Origin: Candidatus Pelagibacterales bacterium
Lineage (GTDB): Bacteria > Pseudomonadota > Alphaproteobacteria > Pelagibacterales > Pelagibacteraceae
DNA: 64,000 nt
Assembly: GCA_965235635.1 (NCBI GenBank)
Contig: CBDDYR010000004.1
Location: forward strand, 73,657 to 137,656
Direction of reading: 5' to 3'
Shown here: one piece after another, positions 1 to 10,578 of the stretch
Layout: each line of letters opens with the position of its first letter
Position numbering within the stretch: position 1 is the first letter of the stretch
Notes under the pieces: model-generated
The model's database searches: none
What the model was told of the DNA's origin: nothing
What the model saw: only the letters and a program-made list of their open reading frames with translations
Program-made: the position numbers and the translations under genes

Positions 1-759
1 AATATTGATAGACACTTTACTTCAAAAAAACTTGGATTTAAAAAACCTACTGACAACTCTATTGATTCAGTTTCTGATAGAGATTTTGCTATAGAATTCT
101 TATTTATAGCTTCTTTGTGTTCAGTTCACCTTTCAAGACTTGCTGAAGAAATTATCATTTGGAATTCAGATCTTGTGAATTTAATCACCCTTGAAGATAG
201 TTTATTAACGGGATCTTCAATTATGCCTCAAAAAAAGAATCCTGATTCTGCAGAATTAATTAGGGGTAAAACTGGAAGAATATTTGGACAATTATCTTCC
301 ATGTTAACTACCATGAAAGGCTTGCCGCTTGCTTACTTTAAAGACATGCAAGAAGATAAGGAAAGTGTTTTTGATTCATACGATAGTCTTTTGTTAAATA
401 TTCAACTTGCTACTGAATTAGTAAATGGAATGAAACCTAACAAAACTAAAATGTTAGCTGCAGCAAAATTAGGTTTTACTACTGCAACAGACTTTGCAGA
501 TTATTTAGTTAAAAAAGGAATGTCTTTTAGAGATGCTCATAAAAAATCTGCAACTCTTGTAAATATTGCTGAAAAAAATAATCAAACACTAGATGAGTTA
601 GATTTTTTAACGATAAAAAAAGTTGAAAAAAGCGTAGAAAAAGATGTCTTAAAAATGTTTGACCTTAAGAATTCAGTAAATTCAAAAAAATCTTATGGCG
701 GAACGTCACCGTTTAATGTTAATAAAATGATAAAAAAATATCAAAAAGAGTTTAAATGA
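1..759 (+). CDS. argH: Argininosuccinate lyase, 5' end outside the window
   Basis: Frame is open from base 1 (NIDRHFTS...NSIDSVSDRDF) and carries the fumarate-lyase signature TGSSIMPQKKNPD and GLPLAYFKDMQEDK. Confidence 0.97.
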   Translation, partial: NIDRHFTSKKLGFKKPTDNSIDSVSDRDFAIEFLFIASLCSVHLSRLAEEIIIWNSDLVNLITLEDSLLTGSSIMPQKKNPDSAELIRGKTGRIFGQLSSMLTTMKGLPLAYFKDMQEDKESVFDSYDSLLLNIQLATELVNGMKPNKTKMLAAAKLGFTTATDFADYLVKKGMSFRDAHKKSATLVNIAEKNNQTLDELDFLTIKKVEKSVEKDVLKMFDLKNSVNSKKSYGGTSPFNVNKMIKKYQKEFK

Positions 760-896
760 TTAGAATTTTATTAGTTTTATCAATATTATTCTTAACAGCA
801 TCCTGTGGCGTGAAGAACAATCCTGTTTACCAATCTTTTAATAATAATTTTGAAAAACAATCTTTAGAAACTAAAATTGATATCAAAATCATTTAA
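756..896 (+). CDS. Small lipoprotein, LptM/YifL-like, 46 aa; not in the ORF track
   Basis: Manual translation MIRILLVLSILFLTASCGVKNNPVYQSF...: hydrophobic signal plus lipobox (TAS-C) and CGxK motif. ATGA overlap with argH and TAATG overlap with lysA. Confidence 0.8.
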   Translation: MIRILLVLSILFLTASCGVKNNPVYQSFNNNFEKQSLETKIDIKII

Positions 897-2128
897 TGAA
901 TTTTCTAAAATTCAAAAATAAAAAATTATTTTTTGAGAATACTGCTATATCAAAAGTAACAACAAGAATTAAAACGCCTTTTTATCTTTATTCTCTTAAT
1001 CAACTAAAGTTTAATTTTAATAATTTTAAAAAATCTTTTAAAAAAATTAATCCTATCATCTGTTTTTCTGTAAAATCAAATTCTAATCTAAAACTTATTT
1101 CTGAGTTAAAAAAGCTTGGCTCTGGAGCAGATGTTGTATCAATGGGTGAGTTAAAAATTGCTCTTAAAGCAGGAATTTCTCCAAAAAAAATTGTTTTTTC
1201 AGGAGTTGGTAAAACTGAGGAGGAGTTAGATTTTGCAATAAAAAAAGGCATTCTTTTAATTAATGCAGAGTCAGAGTCTGAAATAAAAGCTATTAATAAA
1301 ATTGCCCAAAAAAATAATAGAATTGTTTCTGTTGGAATTAGAATTAATCCTAATATTTCTGCCAAAACAAATAAAAAGATATCTACAGGAAAAAAAGATA
1401 ACAAGTTTGGTATTTCAATGAATGCTTGTTATGAAATATTTAACAATCAATATCATTTCGATTATATAAAATTTGAAGCAATTAGTGTTCATATTGGTTC
1501 TCAAATCATGGAGATTGCTCCTTTCAGGAAAGTTTTAAATGTACTCTCAAGCTTTAATAAAAAAATTAATCTAATTGGAATAAATTTAAAATATATCGAT
1601 CTAGGGGGAGGAACTGGTATTCCATACTCTAACGAGAAAAAATTTAATCTACAACAATACTCAAATCTTGTACTTAAATTTAAAAAAATTAATAATGTAG
1701 AAATTATATTTGAACCAGGAAGATCTATTTGTGGAAACACAGGGGTTTTGATATCTAAAATTATTTATTTAAAAGACGCACCTAGAAAAAAATTCGTAAT
1801 AATTGACGCTGCAATGAACGATCTAATTAGACCTGCTTTATATGGTGCAAAACATCAGATTCATCCTTTATTAAAAAACAGCTCTATTATTAATAAAAAT
1901 ACTGAATTTGTCGGTCCAGTATGCGAAAGTTCAGATACATTTATTTCATATAAAAAATATCAAAAACTTAATGAAGGGGATTATATTTGTATTAATAATG
2001 TTGGAGCTTACGGAAGATCTTTGGCCTCAAACTATAATACAAGACCTTATTGTGCAGAAATTTTAATTAATAAAAATAAGTATCAAATAATAAAACAAAG
2101 ACAAAAATTAGAGTCTTTGATTAATTAA
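896..2128 (+). CDS. lysA: Diaminopimelate decarboxylase
   Basis: FSVKSN (PLP lysine), HIGSQI, EPGRS, GPVCESSD, GAYG..ASNYN. Confidence 0.96.
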   Translation: MNFLKFKNKKLFFENTAISKVTTRIKTPFYLYSLNQLKFNFNNFKKSFKKINPIICFSVKSNSNLKLISELKKLGSGADVVSMGELKIALKAGISPKKIVFSGVGKTEEELDFAIKKGILLINAESESEIKAINKIAQKNNRIVSVGIRINPNISAKTNKKISTGKKDNKFGISMNACYEIFNNQYHFDYIKFEAISVHIGSQIMEIAPFRKVLNVLSSFNKKINLIGINLKYIDLGGGTGIPYSNEKKFNLQQYSNLVLKFKKINNVEIIFEPGRSICGNTGVLISKIIYLKDAPRKKFVIIDAAMNDLIRPALYGAKHQIHPLLKNSSIINKNTEFVGPVCESSDTFISYKKYQKLNEGDYICINNVGAYGRSLASNYNTRPYCAEILINKNKYQIIKQRQKLESLIN

Positions 2129-2819
2129 ATGCATTTTTTAAGATCACTGGTATTTAATTTTGCAACCTACTGTGGCTCTTTTTTTTCAACATTACTAGCT
2201 TTGCCAACTCTCATAATGCCAAAAGCAGCAATGCAATGGTTAGCCCGAATGCTAGGTTTTTATATTATATTCTGTGTAAGATTTATTATTAATACAAAAA
2301 TAATATTTAAAGGTTTAGAGAATATTCCAAAAGATAGAAAATTTTTTGTGGCTTCTGCACATCAATCGATTTGTGAAACTTTTGTTTTTAATGCTGTACT
2401 TAATGCTCCTATTTTTATTGTTAAAGCTGAGTTGTTTAAAATTCCATTTTATGGCTGGTGTATAAAAAAATTAGGTTTTATAGGAACCCATAGAGAAAAA
2501 GTTACTAAAGATCACCTTATTTTTTTAGAAAAAACTGCAGAAACTATTAATAAAGAAAAATCTCCTTTAATTATTTTTCCTCAAGGAACAAGAGTTAAAA
2601 ACAATGAAAGAGTTCCTCTGAAAAAAGGTGTTTCAAGAATTTATGAAAAAGCAAATGTTGCCTTGTATACCTGTTAAATTAAATACTGGCGATGTTTGGC
2701 CTAGAGATAGTTTTTTAAGATTTCCAGGAGAAATTTGCATTGAATTTAAAAAACCGATTGAACCTGGTTTAAACATGAACGAATTCATGAATAAACTTGA
2801 AAAAGAAATTTACGATTAA
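2129..2819 (+). CDS. plsC: 1-acyl-sn-glycerol-3-phosphate acyltransferase, split by an apparent +1 insertion near 2660
   Basis: HQSICET and FPQGTR motifs in 2129..2677; the C-terminus (PCIPVKLNTG..WPR..EFKKPIEPGL) is in the next frame. Removing 1 nt gives a 229-aa protein. Confidence 0.85.
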
Positions 2820-3718
2820 TTTTTTCTGCCAAAATTAGGACGGTTAATATCCTGTCCAGCCTTAACAATAGCCTGTCTAATTTTTCTAGTTTTAGAAAAT
2901 AACTTAAATAATTTATTTCCATCTTTTCTCATAATTGCACGCTTTAAATTACTTAAATCTAGATTAAATTTTTCTAACATATGAAGAATTTGTTTACGAT
3001 TATTAAGCGCAATATCTCTCCACATAATTGGATCTGAAGATGCAATTCTTGTAAAATCTCTAAACCCACTTGCACTATATTTTATAACTTCTGACTTTGT
3101 ATCCTTCTCAAGATTAGCTGCTGTTCCTACGATATTATAGGCTATTAAATGTGGGATATGACTCGTAATTGCCATAACTTTATCATGATGCTCGGCTGAC
3201 ATTTGCTGAACTTTACTGCCAATTCTTTTCCAAAAATTATTTAATTTTTTTACAGAACTAGGGTTCTTTTTATTAACTGGAGTTATGATGCACCATCTAT
3301 TTTTAAATAAATCAGCAAAACCTGCTTCTGGACCACTTTGTTCTGTGCCTGCCACTGGATGAGCAGGAATCCATATAGTTTTTTTATTAATTAATTTACT
3401 GACTGTATTAGTTACAAAAATTTTAGCTGAGCCCACATCAGTTAAAATACAACTCTTTTTTAAATTATTTTTAATAACAGAGACTATATTTTTATAAGTT
3501 CCTAACGGAGTACAAATGATTACTAAATCAGAGTCTTTAACGCTCTTTTTGAGATTTGGTTCTATATGATTGGTTATTTTAAGTTTAGAAGTTTTTTTTA
3601 AAACTATTTTAGATTTGTCATGAGCAACTAAAATTTTACATAAATTATTTTTTTTTATTGCTCTTGCAATCGAAGATCCTATTAGACCCAATCCAATTAT
3701 AGTAATTCTTTTAAACAT
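2816..3718 (-). CDS. tyrA: Prephenate/cyclohexadienyl dehydrogenase
   Basis: GLGLIGSS Rossmann motif, TDVGSAK, HPVAGTE, HD..MAITSHIPH, GFRDFTRIA; downstream of hisC. Confidence 0.93.
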   Translation of the reverse strand: MFKRITIIGLGLIGSSIARAIKKNNLCKILVAHDKSKIVLKKTSKLKITNHIEPNLKKSVKDSDLVIICTPLGTYKNIVSVIKNNLKKSCILTDVGSAKIFVTNTVSKLINKKTIWIPAHPVAGTEQSGPEAGFADLFKNRWCIITPVNKKNPSSVKKLNNFWKRIGSKVQQMSAEHHDKVMAITSHIPHLIAYNIVGTAANLEKDTKSEVIKYSASGFRDFTRIASSDPIMWRDIALNNRKQILHMLEKFNLDLSNLKRAIMRKDGNKLFKLFSKTRKIRQAIVKAGQDINRPNFGRKN

Positions 3719-4790
3719 TAAAAATTTTGTTAAGAGTTTTTAAAAATAAAGTGTTTTCTTTATTATTGCCTATAGTCACTCTTAGTGAATTGGATAATCC
3801 ATACCCTTTCATTTTTCTTAAGATAATCTTAGATTTAATAAATTGATCATAAACTTTGTCTGCTGTTATTTCTTTATTATCAAAATGCATTAAGAAAAAA
3901 TTTGCTACAGGAATATTTGTTAAAATTCCTAAATTTATAAAATTTTCAAAAAAAATATCAGCCCACTTTCTATTGTGTTCTATATTTTTTTTTAGCCAAT
4001 CTTTATCATTCAAGGCTTCTACGCCAGCTACTTGTGCTGCTGAATTAACATTAAAAGGGGGCTTGATAAGTTTCATTGCAGAGATGATATTTTTTGGTCC
4101 ATAACCCCATCCAAGTCTTAAGCTAGCAAGACCATATATTTTAGAAAAAGATCTAGTAATAAGAACATTGCTGTAACCTTTAAATAAATCTAAACCAGAT
4201 ACATAATCCTTGTTAATCACAAATTCAAAATAAGCGTCATCAACTACTAACAAAATATTACTCCGTAATTTTTTTCTAAGTAATAACATTTCATTTTTAT
4301 CTAAATATGTTCCTGTTGGATTGTTTGGATTAGCTAAAAAAACAATCTTAGTTTTGGGAGTTACTTTGGCTAATATAGAATCTATATTTGCCTTAAAATC
4401 ATTTTCTGGTGCTATAATAACTTTACCACCGTGAGTTTTGGCATAAATTCTGTACATTAAAAAACTATACTCAGTAACTATAACCTCATCATTAGGTTTT
4501 AAAAATAATTGACAGGCTAAGCTAATAATTTCATCAGAACCATTACCAATAATAATGTTATTGGGATTTAATTTTAAATTTTTTGATATGGACTGAATTA
4601 AAATATTTGAATTTCCATCTGGATATCTCGATAATCTTTTGCTGTTTGCAATGAATGCTTTAATAGCTCTTTTTGAAGGGCCTAAAGCAGACTCATTGGC
4701 AGATAATTTTATTGGATTTTTAATATTTTTTATCTGAGATAACCCTCCTACATATTTTAAATTATTAAAATTTTTAAATCTTAAAACCAT
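3711..4790 (-). CDS. hisC: Histidinol-phosphate aminotransferase
   Basis: KLSANE, RYPD, GNGSDE, ANPNNPTG, DDAY, RSFSKIYGLASLRLG. Confidence 0.95.
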   Translation of the reverse strand: MVLRFKNFNNLKYVGGLSQIKNIKNPIKLSANESALGPSKRAIKAFIANSKRLSRYPDGNSNILIQSISKNLKLNPNNIIIGNGSDEIISLACQLFLKPNDEVIVTEYSFLMYRIYAKTHGGKVIIAPENDFKANIDSILAKVTPKTKIVFLANPNNPTGTYLDKNEMLLLRKKLRSNILLVVDDAYFEFVINKDYVSGLDLFKGYSNVLITRSFSKIYGLASLRLGWGYGPKNIISAMKLIKPPFNVNSAAQVAGVEALNDKDWLKKNIEHNRKWADIFFENFINLGILTNIPVANFFLMHFDNKEITADKVYDQFIKSKIILRKMKGYGLSNSLRVTIGNNKENTLFLKTLNKIFNV

Positions 4791-4919
4791 ATTTTTATAA
4801 ATATTTACTGATTTTATTTTTTAATTAACACAATGCTATTATGGTTGATACTCTTTATAAAAATAAATCTTATAAAATTTTTAAAAATGACATTAAGACA
4901 TTCAATAAAACTGATTAAA

Positions 4920-4948
4920 TTGACAATAAATTATGCCTAAGATAAAAA
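4920..4948 (+). promoter_or_regulatory. Putative sigma70 promoter for riboswitch-metW
   Basis: TTGACA at 4920-4925, 17-nt spacer, TAAAAA at 4943-4948, directly before the riboswitch. Confidence 0.5.
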
Positions 4949-4952
4949 CCAT

Positions 4953-5000
4953 TTGCGCTGATTTACCGAATTGCGAGCGCACATAAACAGCTAAAGAGGT
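4953..5000 (+). ncRNA. SAM-II riboswitch (H-type pseudoknot)
   Basis: TTGCGCTGATTTACCGAATTGCGAGCGCACATAAACAGCTAAAGAGGT. P1 is TGCGCT/AGCGCA; also GATTT loop, ATAAA linker, GCTAAA and 3' GAGGT pairing with ACC. Closely resembles the known metX SAM-II sequence and precedes a methionine-related gene. Confidence 0.92.
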
Positions 5001-5031
5001 AAAAATCACTTTAAAGTGTTTTTTAATTAAA

Positions 5032-5634
5032 ATGAAATTAGAGTCAAAATTAGTAGTAGATTTTATAAAACCATTTTCAAAAGTTCTCGATGTAGGTTGT
5101 GGTGATGGAAGCATTCTTCTCCATCTAAAAAAGGAAAAAAAAATTGACGCTCGAGGTATTGAAATTGACCATGAAAAAGTTAAAGAAAGCCTAAGCAAAG
5201 GTCTTTCTGTTGTTGAGGGTGACGCCGAAAAAGATTTAATTAATTACCCAGATCAATCTTTTGACTACGTAATTCTAACACAAACTCTTCAAGCTTTTTA
5301 TAAACCTAGAAAAGTTTTACATGAACTCTTGAGAATCGGAAAGAATGCGATTGTTTCTATTCCAAATTTTGGATACTGGAAAGTTAGATTCAGCCTTCTA
5401 CTCAAAGGAAGAATGCCTGTTACAAAAACATTGCCTAATACATGGCACGATACCCCAAATTTACATATGTGTACTATTAAAGATTTTTTTGATTTATGTC
5501 TTGCTGATAAAATTAACATAATAAAATCAATTGCAGTTACACAAAATAGATCTTCATTAATTTCTAATTTCAATTTAGAAATAAAAAATCTTTATTCGGA
5601 ATTTGGTATTTTTTTAATTAGCAAAAAAGAATAA
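5032..5634 (+). CDS. metW: Methionine biosynthesis protein MetW (SAM-dependent methyltransferase fold)
   Basis: VLDVGCGDG, FDYVILTQTLQA, IVSIPNFGYW, GRMPVT..LP..W.DTPNLH. Confidence 0.93.
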   Translation: MKLESKLVVDFIKPFSKVLDVGCGDGSILLHLKKEKKIDARGIEIDHEKVKESLSKGLSVVEGDAEKDLINYPDQSFDYVILTQTLQAFYKPRKVLHELLRIGKNAIVSIPNFGYWKVRFSLLLKGRMPVTKTLPNTWHDTPNLHMCTIKDFFDLCLADKINIIKSIAVTQNRSSLISNFNLEIKNLYSEFGIFLISKKE

Positions 5635-5643
5635 TTTTTTATT

Positions 5644-6405
5644 ATGGATATTCATATTATTCCATGTCTAAAAGATAATTACGCTTATATCATTGAAAAT
5701 AAAAATACTAAAAATGCATGTGTTATTGATCCATCCGAGTCAGAACCTATTATAAATTTTATAAAAAAAAATAAATTAAATTTAAAATATATTTTAAATA
5801 CACATCATCATGCTGATCACATTGGTGGCAATTTAGAACTTAAAAAAGAATTTAATTCTCAAATATTAGGTTTTGAAAAAGATAAAAGTAGAATTCCTGG
5901 TATTGATATTTTTTTAAAGGATAAACAGATTTGGAATTTTGAAGGCTCTGATGTTTTAATAGAACATGTTCCAGGTCATACATCTGGTCATATATTTTAT
6001 TATTTTAAAAATGAAGAATCGGCTTTTACAGGAGATACTTTATTTTCTTTTGGCTGCGGAAGATTATTCGAGGGTTCTTATTTAGAAATGCTTAATTCTT
6101 TAAAAAAAATCAAATCTTTGCCTTCTAAAACAAAAATATTTTGTGGACACGAGTATACTGTTAATAATTTAAAATTTTGCATAGAAATAGATAAGAATAA
6201 TTTAGAGTTAAAAAAAAAATATAATCAGATCATTAGTAATATAAAAAATAAATTGCCAAGTATCCCTTCTAATCTAAGTGATGAAATGAGGTTCAATATC
6301 TTTTTAAAATTTGATGATTTAAAATTTAAGGAAAGAATTGGATTTAAAGATCTAAATGAAGTAGACTTTTTTAAGAAAATTAGAGATCTTAAAGATAATT
6401 TCTAA
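5644..6405 (+). CDS. gloB: Hydroxyacylglutathione hydrolase (glyoxalase II)
   Basis: DNYAY, THHHADHIGG, PGHTSGH, GDTLFSFGCGR, CGHEYT. Confidence 0.94.
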   Translation: MDIHIIPCLKDNYAYIIENKNTKNACVIDPSESEPIINFIKKNKLNLKYILNTHHHADHIGGNLELKKEFNSQILGFEKDKSRIPGIDIFLKDKQIWNFEGSDVLIEHVPGHTSGHIFYYFKNEESAFTGDTLFSFGCGRLFEGSYLEMLNSLKKIKSLPSKTKIFCGHEYTVNNLKFCIEIDKNNLELKKKYNQIISNIKNKLPSIPSNLSDEMRFNIFLKFDDLKFKERIGFKDLNEVDFFKKIRDLKDNF

Positions 6406-6435
6406 AATCCAATACACTTAAGCATAATCACAATC

Positions 6436-6463
6436 TTGACAAGCTAAGGTGGCTATATATATT
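6436..6463 (+). promoter_or_regulatory. Putative sigma70 promoter of rplU-rpmA
   Basis: TTGACA at 6436-6441 and TATATT at 6458-6463 (16-nt spacer). Confidence 0.5.
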
Positions 6464-6487
6464 GCCCAGACCTAAAAGAAATTACAT

Positions 6488-6895
6488 ATGACTTTTGCAG
6501 TAATCAAAACCGGTGGTAAACAATATAAAGTGTCAGCTAACGATACTATCAGAATTGAAAAGCTTAACGATAAAGCTGGAAAAACATTCGAGTTCAAAGA
6601 AGTTCTTTTAACAACTGATAACTCAACAACTGAGGTGGGCTCTCCTATGGTCGATGGAGCTTACGTTGAGGCTGAACTTATTAAACAAACTAGAAATGAT
6701 AAAGTTATCATTTTTAAAAAAAGAAGAAGACAAAATTCAAGAAGAAAACGCGGACATAGACAACATGTTTCAGTAGTGAAAATTTTAAAAATTTATGGTA
6801 AAAGTGGAAAACTTTTAGCTGAAGCTAAAAATGCAACAGTAGAAAATAAAGCTTTAGAAAAAAAAGTTGAAGCTAAAAAAACTGTTAAAAAATAA
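6488..6895 (+). CDS. rplU: 50S ribosomal protein L21
   Basis: [30 protein letters not shown]. Confidence 0.97.
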   Translation: MTFAVIKTGGKQYKVSANDTIRIEKLNDKAGKTFEFKEVLLTTDNSTTEVGSPMVDGAYVEAELIKQTRNDKVIIFKKRRRQNSRRKRGHRQHVSVVKILKIYGKSGKLLAEAKNATVENKALEKKVEAKKTVKK

Positions 6896-6903
6896 ATAAA
6901 AAA

Positions 6904-7158
6904 ATGGCAACAAAAAAAGCTGGTGGATCGACGAAAAACGGACGCGATAGTGCTGGAAGGCGACTGGGCGTTAAAAAGTTTGGCGGTCAATCTGTAATTG
7001 CTGGAAATATTATTATGAGACAAAGAGGAACAAAGATGTTCCCAGGAGACAATGTTGGTATGGGGAAAGATCATACCATTTTTTCAAAAGTAAACGGCGT
7101 AGTAAAATTCGAGACAAAAAAACTCGGAAGAACTTACATTTCAGTAATCCCTCAATAA
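6904..7158 (+). CDS. rpmA: 50S ribosomal protein L27
   Basis: [35 protein letters not shown]. Confidence 0.98.
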   Translation: MATKKAGGSTKNGRDSAGRRLGVKKFGGQSVIAGNIIMRQRGTKMFPGDNVGMGKDHTIFSKVNGVVKFETKKLGRTYISVIPQ

Positions 7159-7159
7159 A

Positions 7160-7190
7160 CTCAGTTTATTTTTAAACTGAGATTTTTATT
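7160..7190 (+). terminator. Putative intrinsic terminator or attenuator between rpmA and obg
   Basis: CTCAGTTTA-TTTT-TAAACTGAG (9-bp stem) followed by ATTTTTATT. Confidence 0.6.
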
Positions 7191-7202
7191 AATAATCAAT
7201 AA

Positions 7203-8180
<978 letters not shown>

Positions 8181-9293
8181 ATGGATATTTTAAAATATAA
8201 AACTATTGTAATCAAAATAGGCTCTAGTCTTATTGTTGATGGAAAAAATAAAATAAAAAAAAATTGGTTTAATAAACTAATTGAAGATATTAATTTTTTA
8301 ATTCAAAAAAATAGACAAATTATTATTGTCTCTTCAGGAGCAATCGCTCTTGGGTGCGATTTACTAAAAATAAATAAAAAAAATACAAAATTAAGCCAAT
8401 TTCAAGCAATTGCCGCTATTGGTCAAATTGAATTAATTAATCTTTTTAAGAAAGCATTTGAAAAGAAAAAGATCAAAATTTCTCAAATATTGCTTACATT
8501 AGAAGATACTGAAGAAAGAAGAAGATCATTAAATGCTAAAGAAACAATAAATAACTTATTAAAAATGTCCGTAGTGCCAATTGTAAATGAGAATGACACA
8601 GTTGCGACTTCAGAAATAAGATATGGTGATAACGACAGACTAGCTGCACGAGTTTCTCAAATATGCAATGCTGATTGTTTAATCATGCTTTCAGACATTG
8701 ACGGTCTTTATTCCGCAGATCCAAAAAAAAATAAAAATGCAAAAATAATTAAAAAGGTAACAACTATAGATAAATCTATAGAAGCGCTTGCATCTGAAAG
8801 CATTAGTTCTTATGGGACGGGTGGAATGATAACTAAAATTAAAGCTGCAAAAATTTGTATGCAGTCTGGTTGTGACATGATTTTAACAAGCGGGATGATT
8901 AATAATCCAATAAAAAATATTATTAAAAATAAAAATTATACTTTGTTTGCATCTCAATCATCATCTTTGAATGCAAAAAAACAATGGATTTTAAATTCAA
9001 TTGTAACCAAAGGTTCGATTATGATTGATGAAGGAGCTGAAAAAGCATTAAAAAACGGAAAAAGTCTTTTACCAATAGGAGTAACTTCGGTTGAGGGAAA
9101 TTTTAATCGCGGTGATGCTATTTATATTATAAATTCTAAAAATAAACGTATAGCAACTGGCATAAGTGCTTACTCAAGTTTAGATGCTAAAAAAATTATT
9201 GGTTTTAAAACTGATAAAATTAAAGAGATATTAGGCTATGTTAGTCGAGGAGAAATAGTTCATATAGACAATTTAGTTTATCAAGCTGAGTAA
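8181..9293 (+). CDS. proB: Glutamate 5-kinase with PUA domain
   Basis: VIKIGSS, VSSGAIA, NENDTVA, GDNDRLAA, GTGGMITKI. Confidence 0.96.
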   Translation: MDILKYKTIVIKIGSSLIVDGKNKIKKNWFNKLIEDINFLIQKNRQIIIVSSGAIALGCDLLKINKKNTKLSQFQAIAAIGQIELINLFKKAFEKKKIKISQILLTLEDTEERRRSLNAKETINNLLKMSVVPIVNENDTVATSEIRYGDNDRLAARVSQICNADCLIMLSDIDGLYSADPKKNKNAKIIKKVTTIDKSIEALASESISSYGTGGMITKIKAAKICMQSGCDMILTSGMINNPIKNIIKNKNYTLFASQSSSLNAKKQWILNSIVTKGSIMIDEGAEKALKNGKSLLPIGVTSVEGNFNRGDAIYIINSKNKRIATGISAYSSLDAKKIIGFKTDKIKEILGYVSRGEIVHIDNLVYQAE

Positions 9294-9297
9294 ATTT

Positions 9298-10560
9298 ATG
9301 GGTAATAGTTATTTAGATAAAATAGGTTTAAATGCTTCAAACGCATCTAAAGATCTATCACTATTAAATGAGAATAAAAAAAATAAAGTTCTTACAGATT
9401 TTTATAAAAATTTAAAATCAAATAAAAAAAAAATTTTAAATGCTAATAAGATTGATATTTTTAAAGCTAAGAGAAAAGGTCTTAGTCAAAATTTAATTGA
9501 TCGATTAATTCTAAATGACAATAAAATTAACTATATCATCAAGTCAGTCCAAGAAATTATTAAACTCAAAGATCCAACCCAAAGGATAATAGCAAAATGG
9601 AAAAGACCTAATGGAATGGTAATTAATAAATATACAGTTCCAATTGGTGTCATTGGAGTAATATATGAATCTAGACCAAACGTTACGTCAGATGTTGCAA
9701 CCTTATGTTTTAAATCTGGCAATGCGGTTATTTTAAGAGGCGGAAGTGAAGCTATTCAGACAAACAAAATTATTTCTGAATATTTCAGAAAATCTTTAAG
9801 AAAAAATAATATTAATGAAAATTGTGTTCAATTAATTAACAACGCAAATAGAAAGTTCGTTGATTATATGCTTTCTAAAATGGAGAGGTTTATTGACGTT
9901 ATTATTCCAAGAGGAGGAAAAAACTTAGTCAAGAAAGTTCAAACAATGTCTAGTGTTCCAACGATTGGTCATCTAGAAGGATTGTGTCATGTCTATATCG
10001 ATAAATTTGCAGATTTAAACATGGCAAAAAAAATTACACTCAATGCTAAAATGAGAAATACAAGTATATGTGGTGCTGCTGAAACTTTATTAATTCATAA
10101 GGCATGCATAAAAACTCACTTAAAACCAATATTGCAATTATTAAATATTAGCGGATGTAAGATTATTGGCGATAAAATTACTAAAAGAAATTATATAAAT
10201 TCTAATATTTCTTTAGCAAAAGAGAAGGATTGGAAGACAGAATATCTAGACTCTATAATATCAGTAAAGGTTGTTAATGGGGTCGATGAGGCGATTGACC
10301 ATATAAATAAATACGGAACTCATCATACTGATAGTATTGTTACTAATAACAAAAAAAATGCTATGTTATTCTTGTCGAAAGTAAATAGCGCAATCGTGTT
10401 ACATAATGCTTCTACTCAATTTGCAGACGGAAATGAATTTGGTTTTGGAGCAGAAGTTGGAATATCTACTAATAAATTACATCCTCGAGGACCTGTAGGA
10501 CTTGAACAACTAGTAACTTACAAATATCTAGTAAAAGGTAATGGACAAATTAGACCTTAA
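9298..10560 (+). CDS. proA: Gamma-glutamyl phosphate reductase
   Basis: GVIYESRPNVT, ICGAAETLL, NASTQFADG.EFGFGAEVGIST.KLHPRGP. Confidence 0.97.
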   Translation: MGNSYLDKIGLNASNASKDLSLLNENKKNKVLTDFYKNLKSNKKKILNANKIDIFKAKRKGLSQNLIDRLILNDNKINYIIKSVQEIIKLKDPTQRIIAKWKRPNGMVINKYTVPIGVIGVIYESRPNVTSDVATLCFKSGNAVILRGGSEAIQTNKIISEYFRKSLRKNNINENCVQLINNANRKFVDYMLSKMERFIDVIIPRGGKNLVKKVQTMSSVPTIGHLEGLCHVYIDKFADLNMAKKITLNAKMRNTSICGAAETLLIHKACIKTHLKPILQLLNISGCKIIGDKITKRNYINSNISLAKEKDWKTEYLDSIISVKVVNGVDEAIDHINKYGTHHTDSIVTNNKKNAMLFLSKVNSAIVLHNASTQFADGNEFGFGAEVGISTNKLHPRGPVGLEQLVTYKYLVKGNGQIRP

Positions 10561-10578
10561 TCTTTTTATTAAATTATA

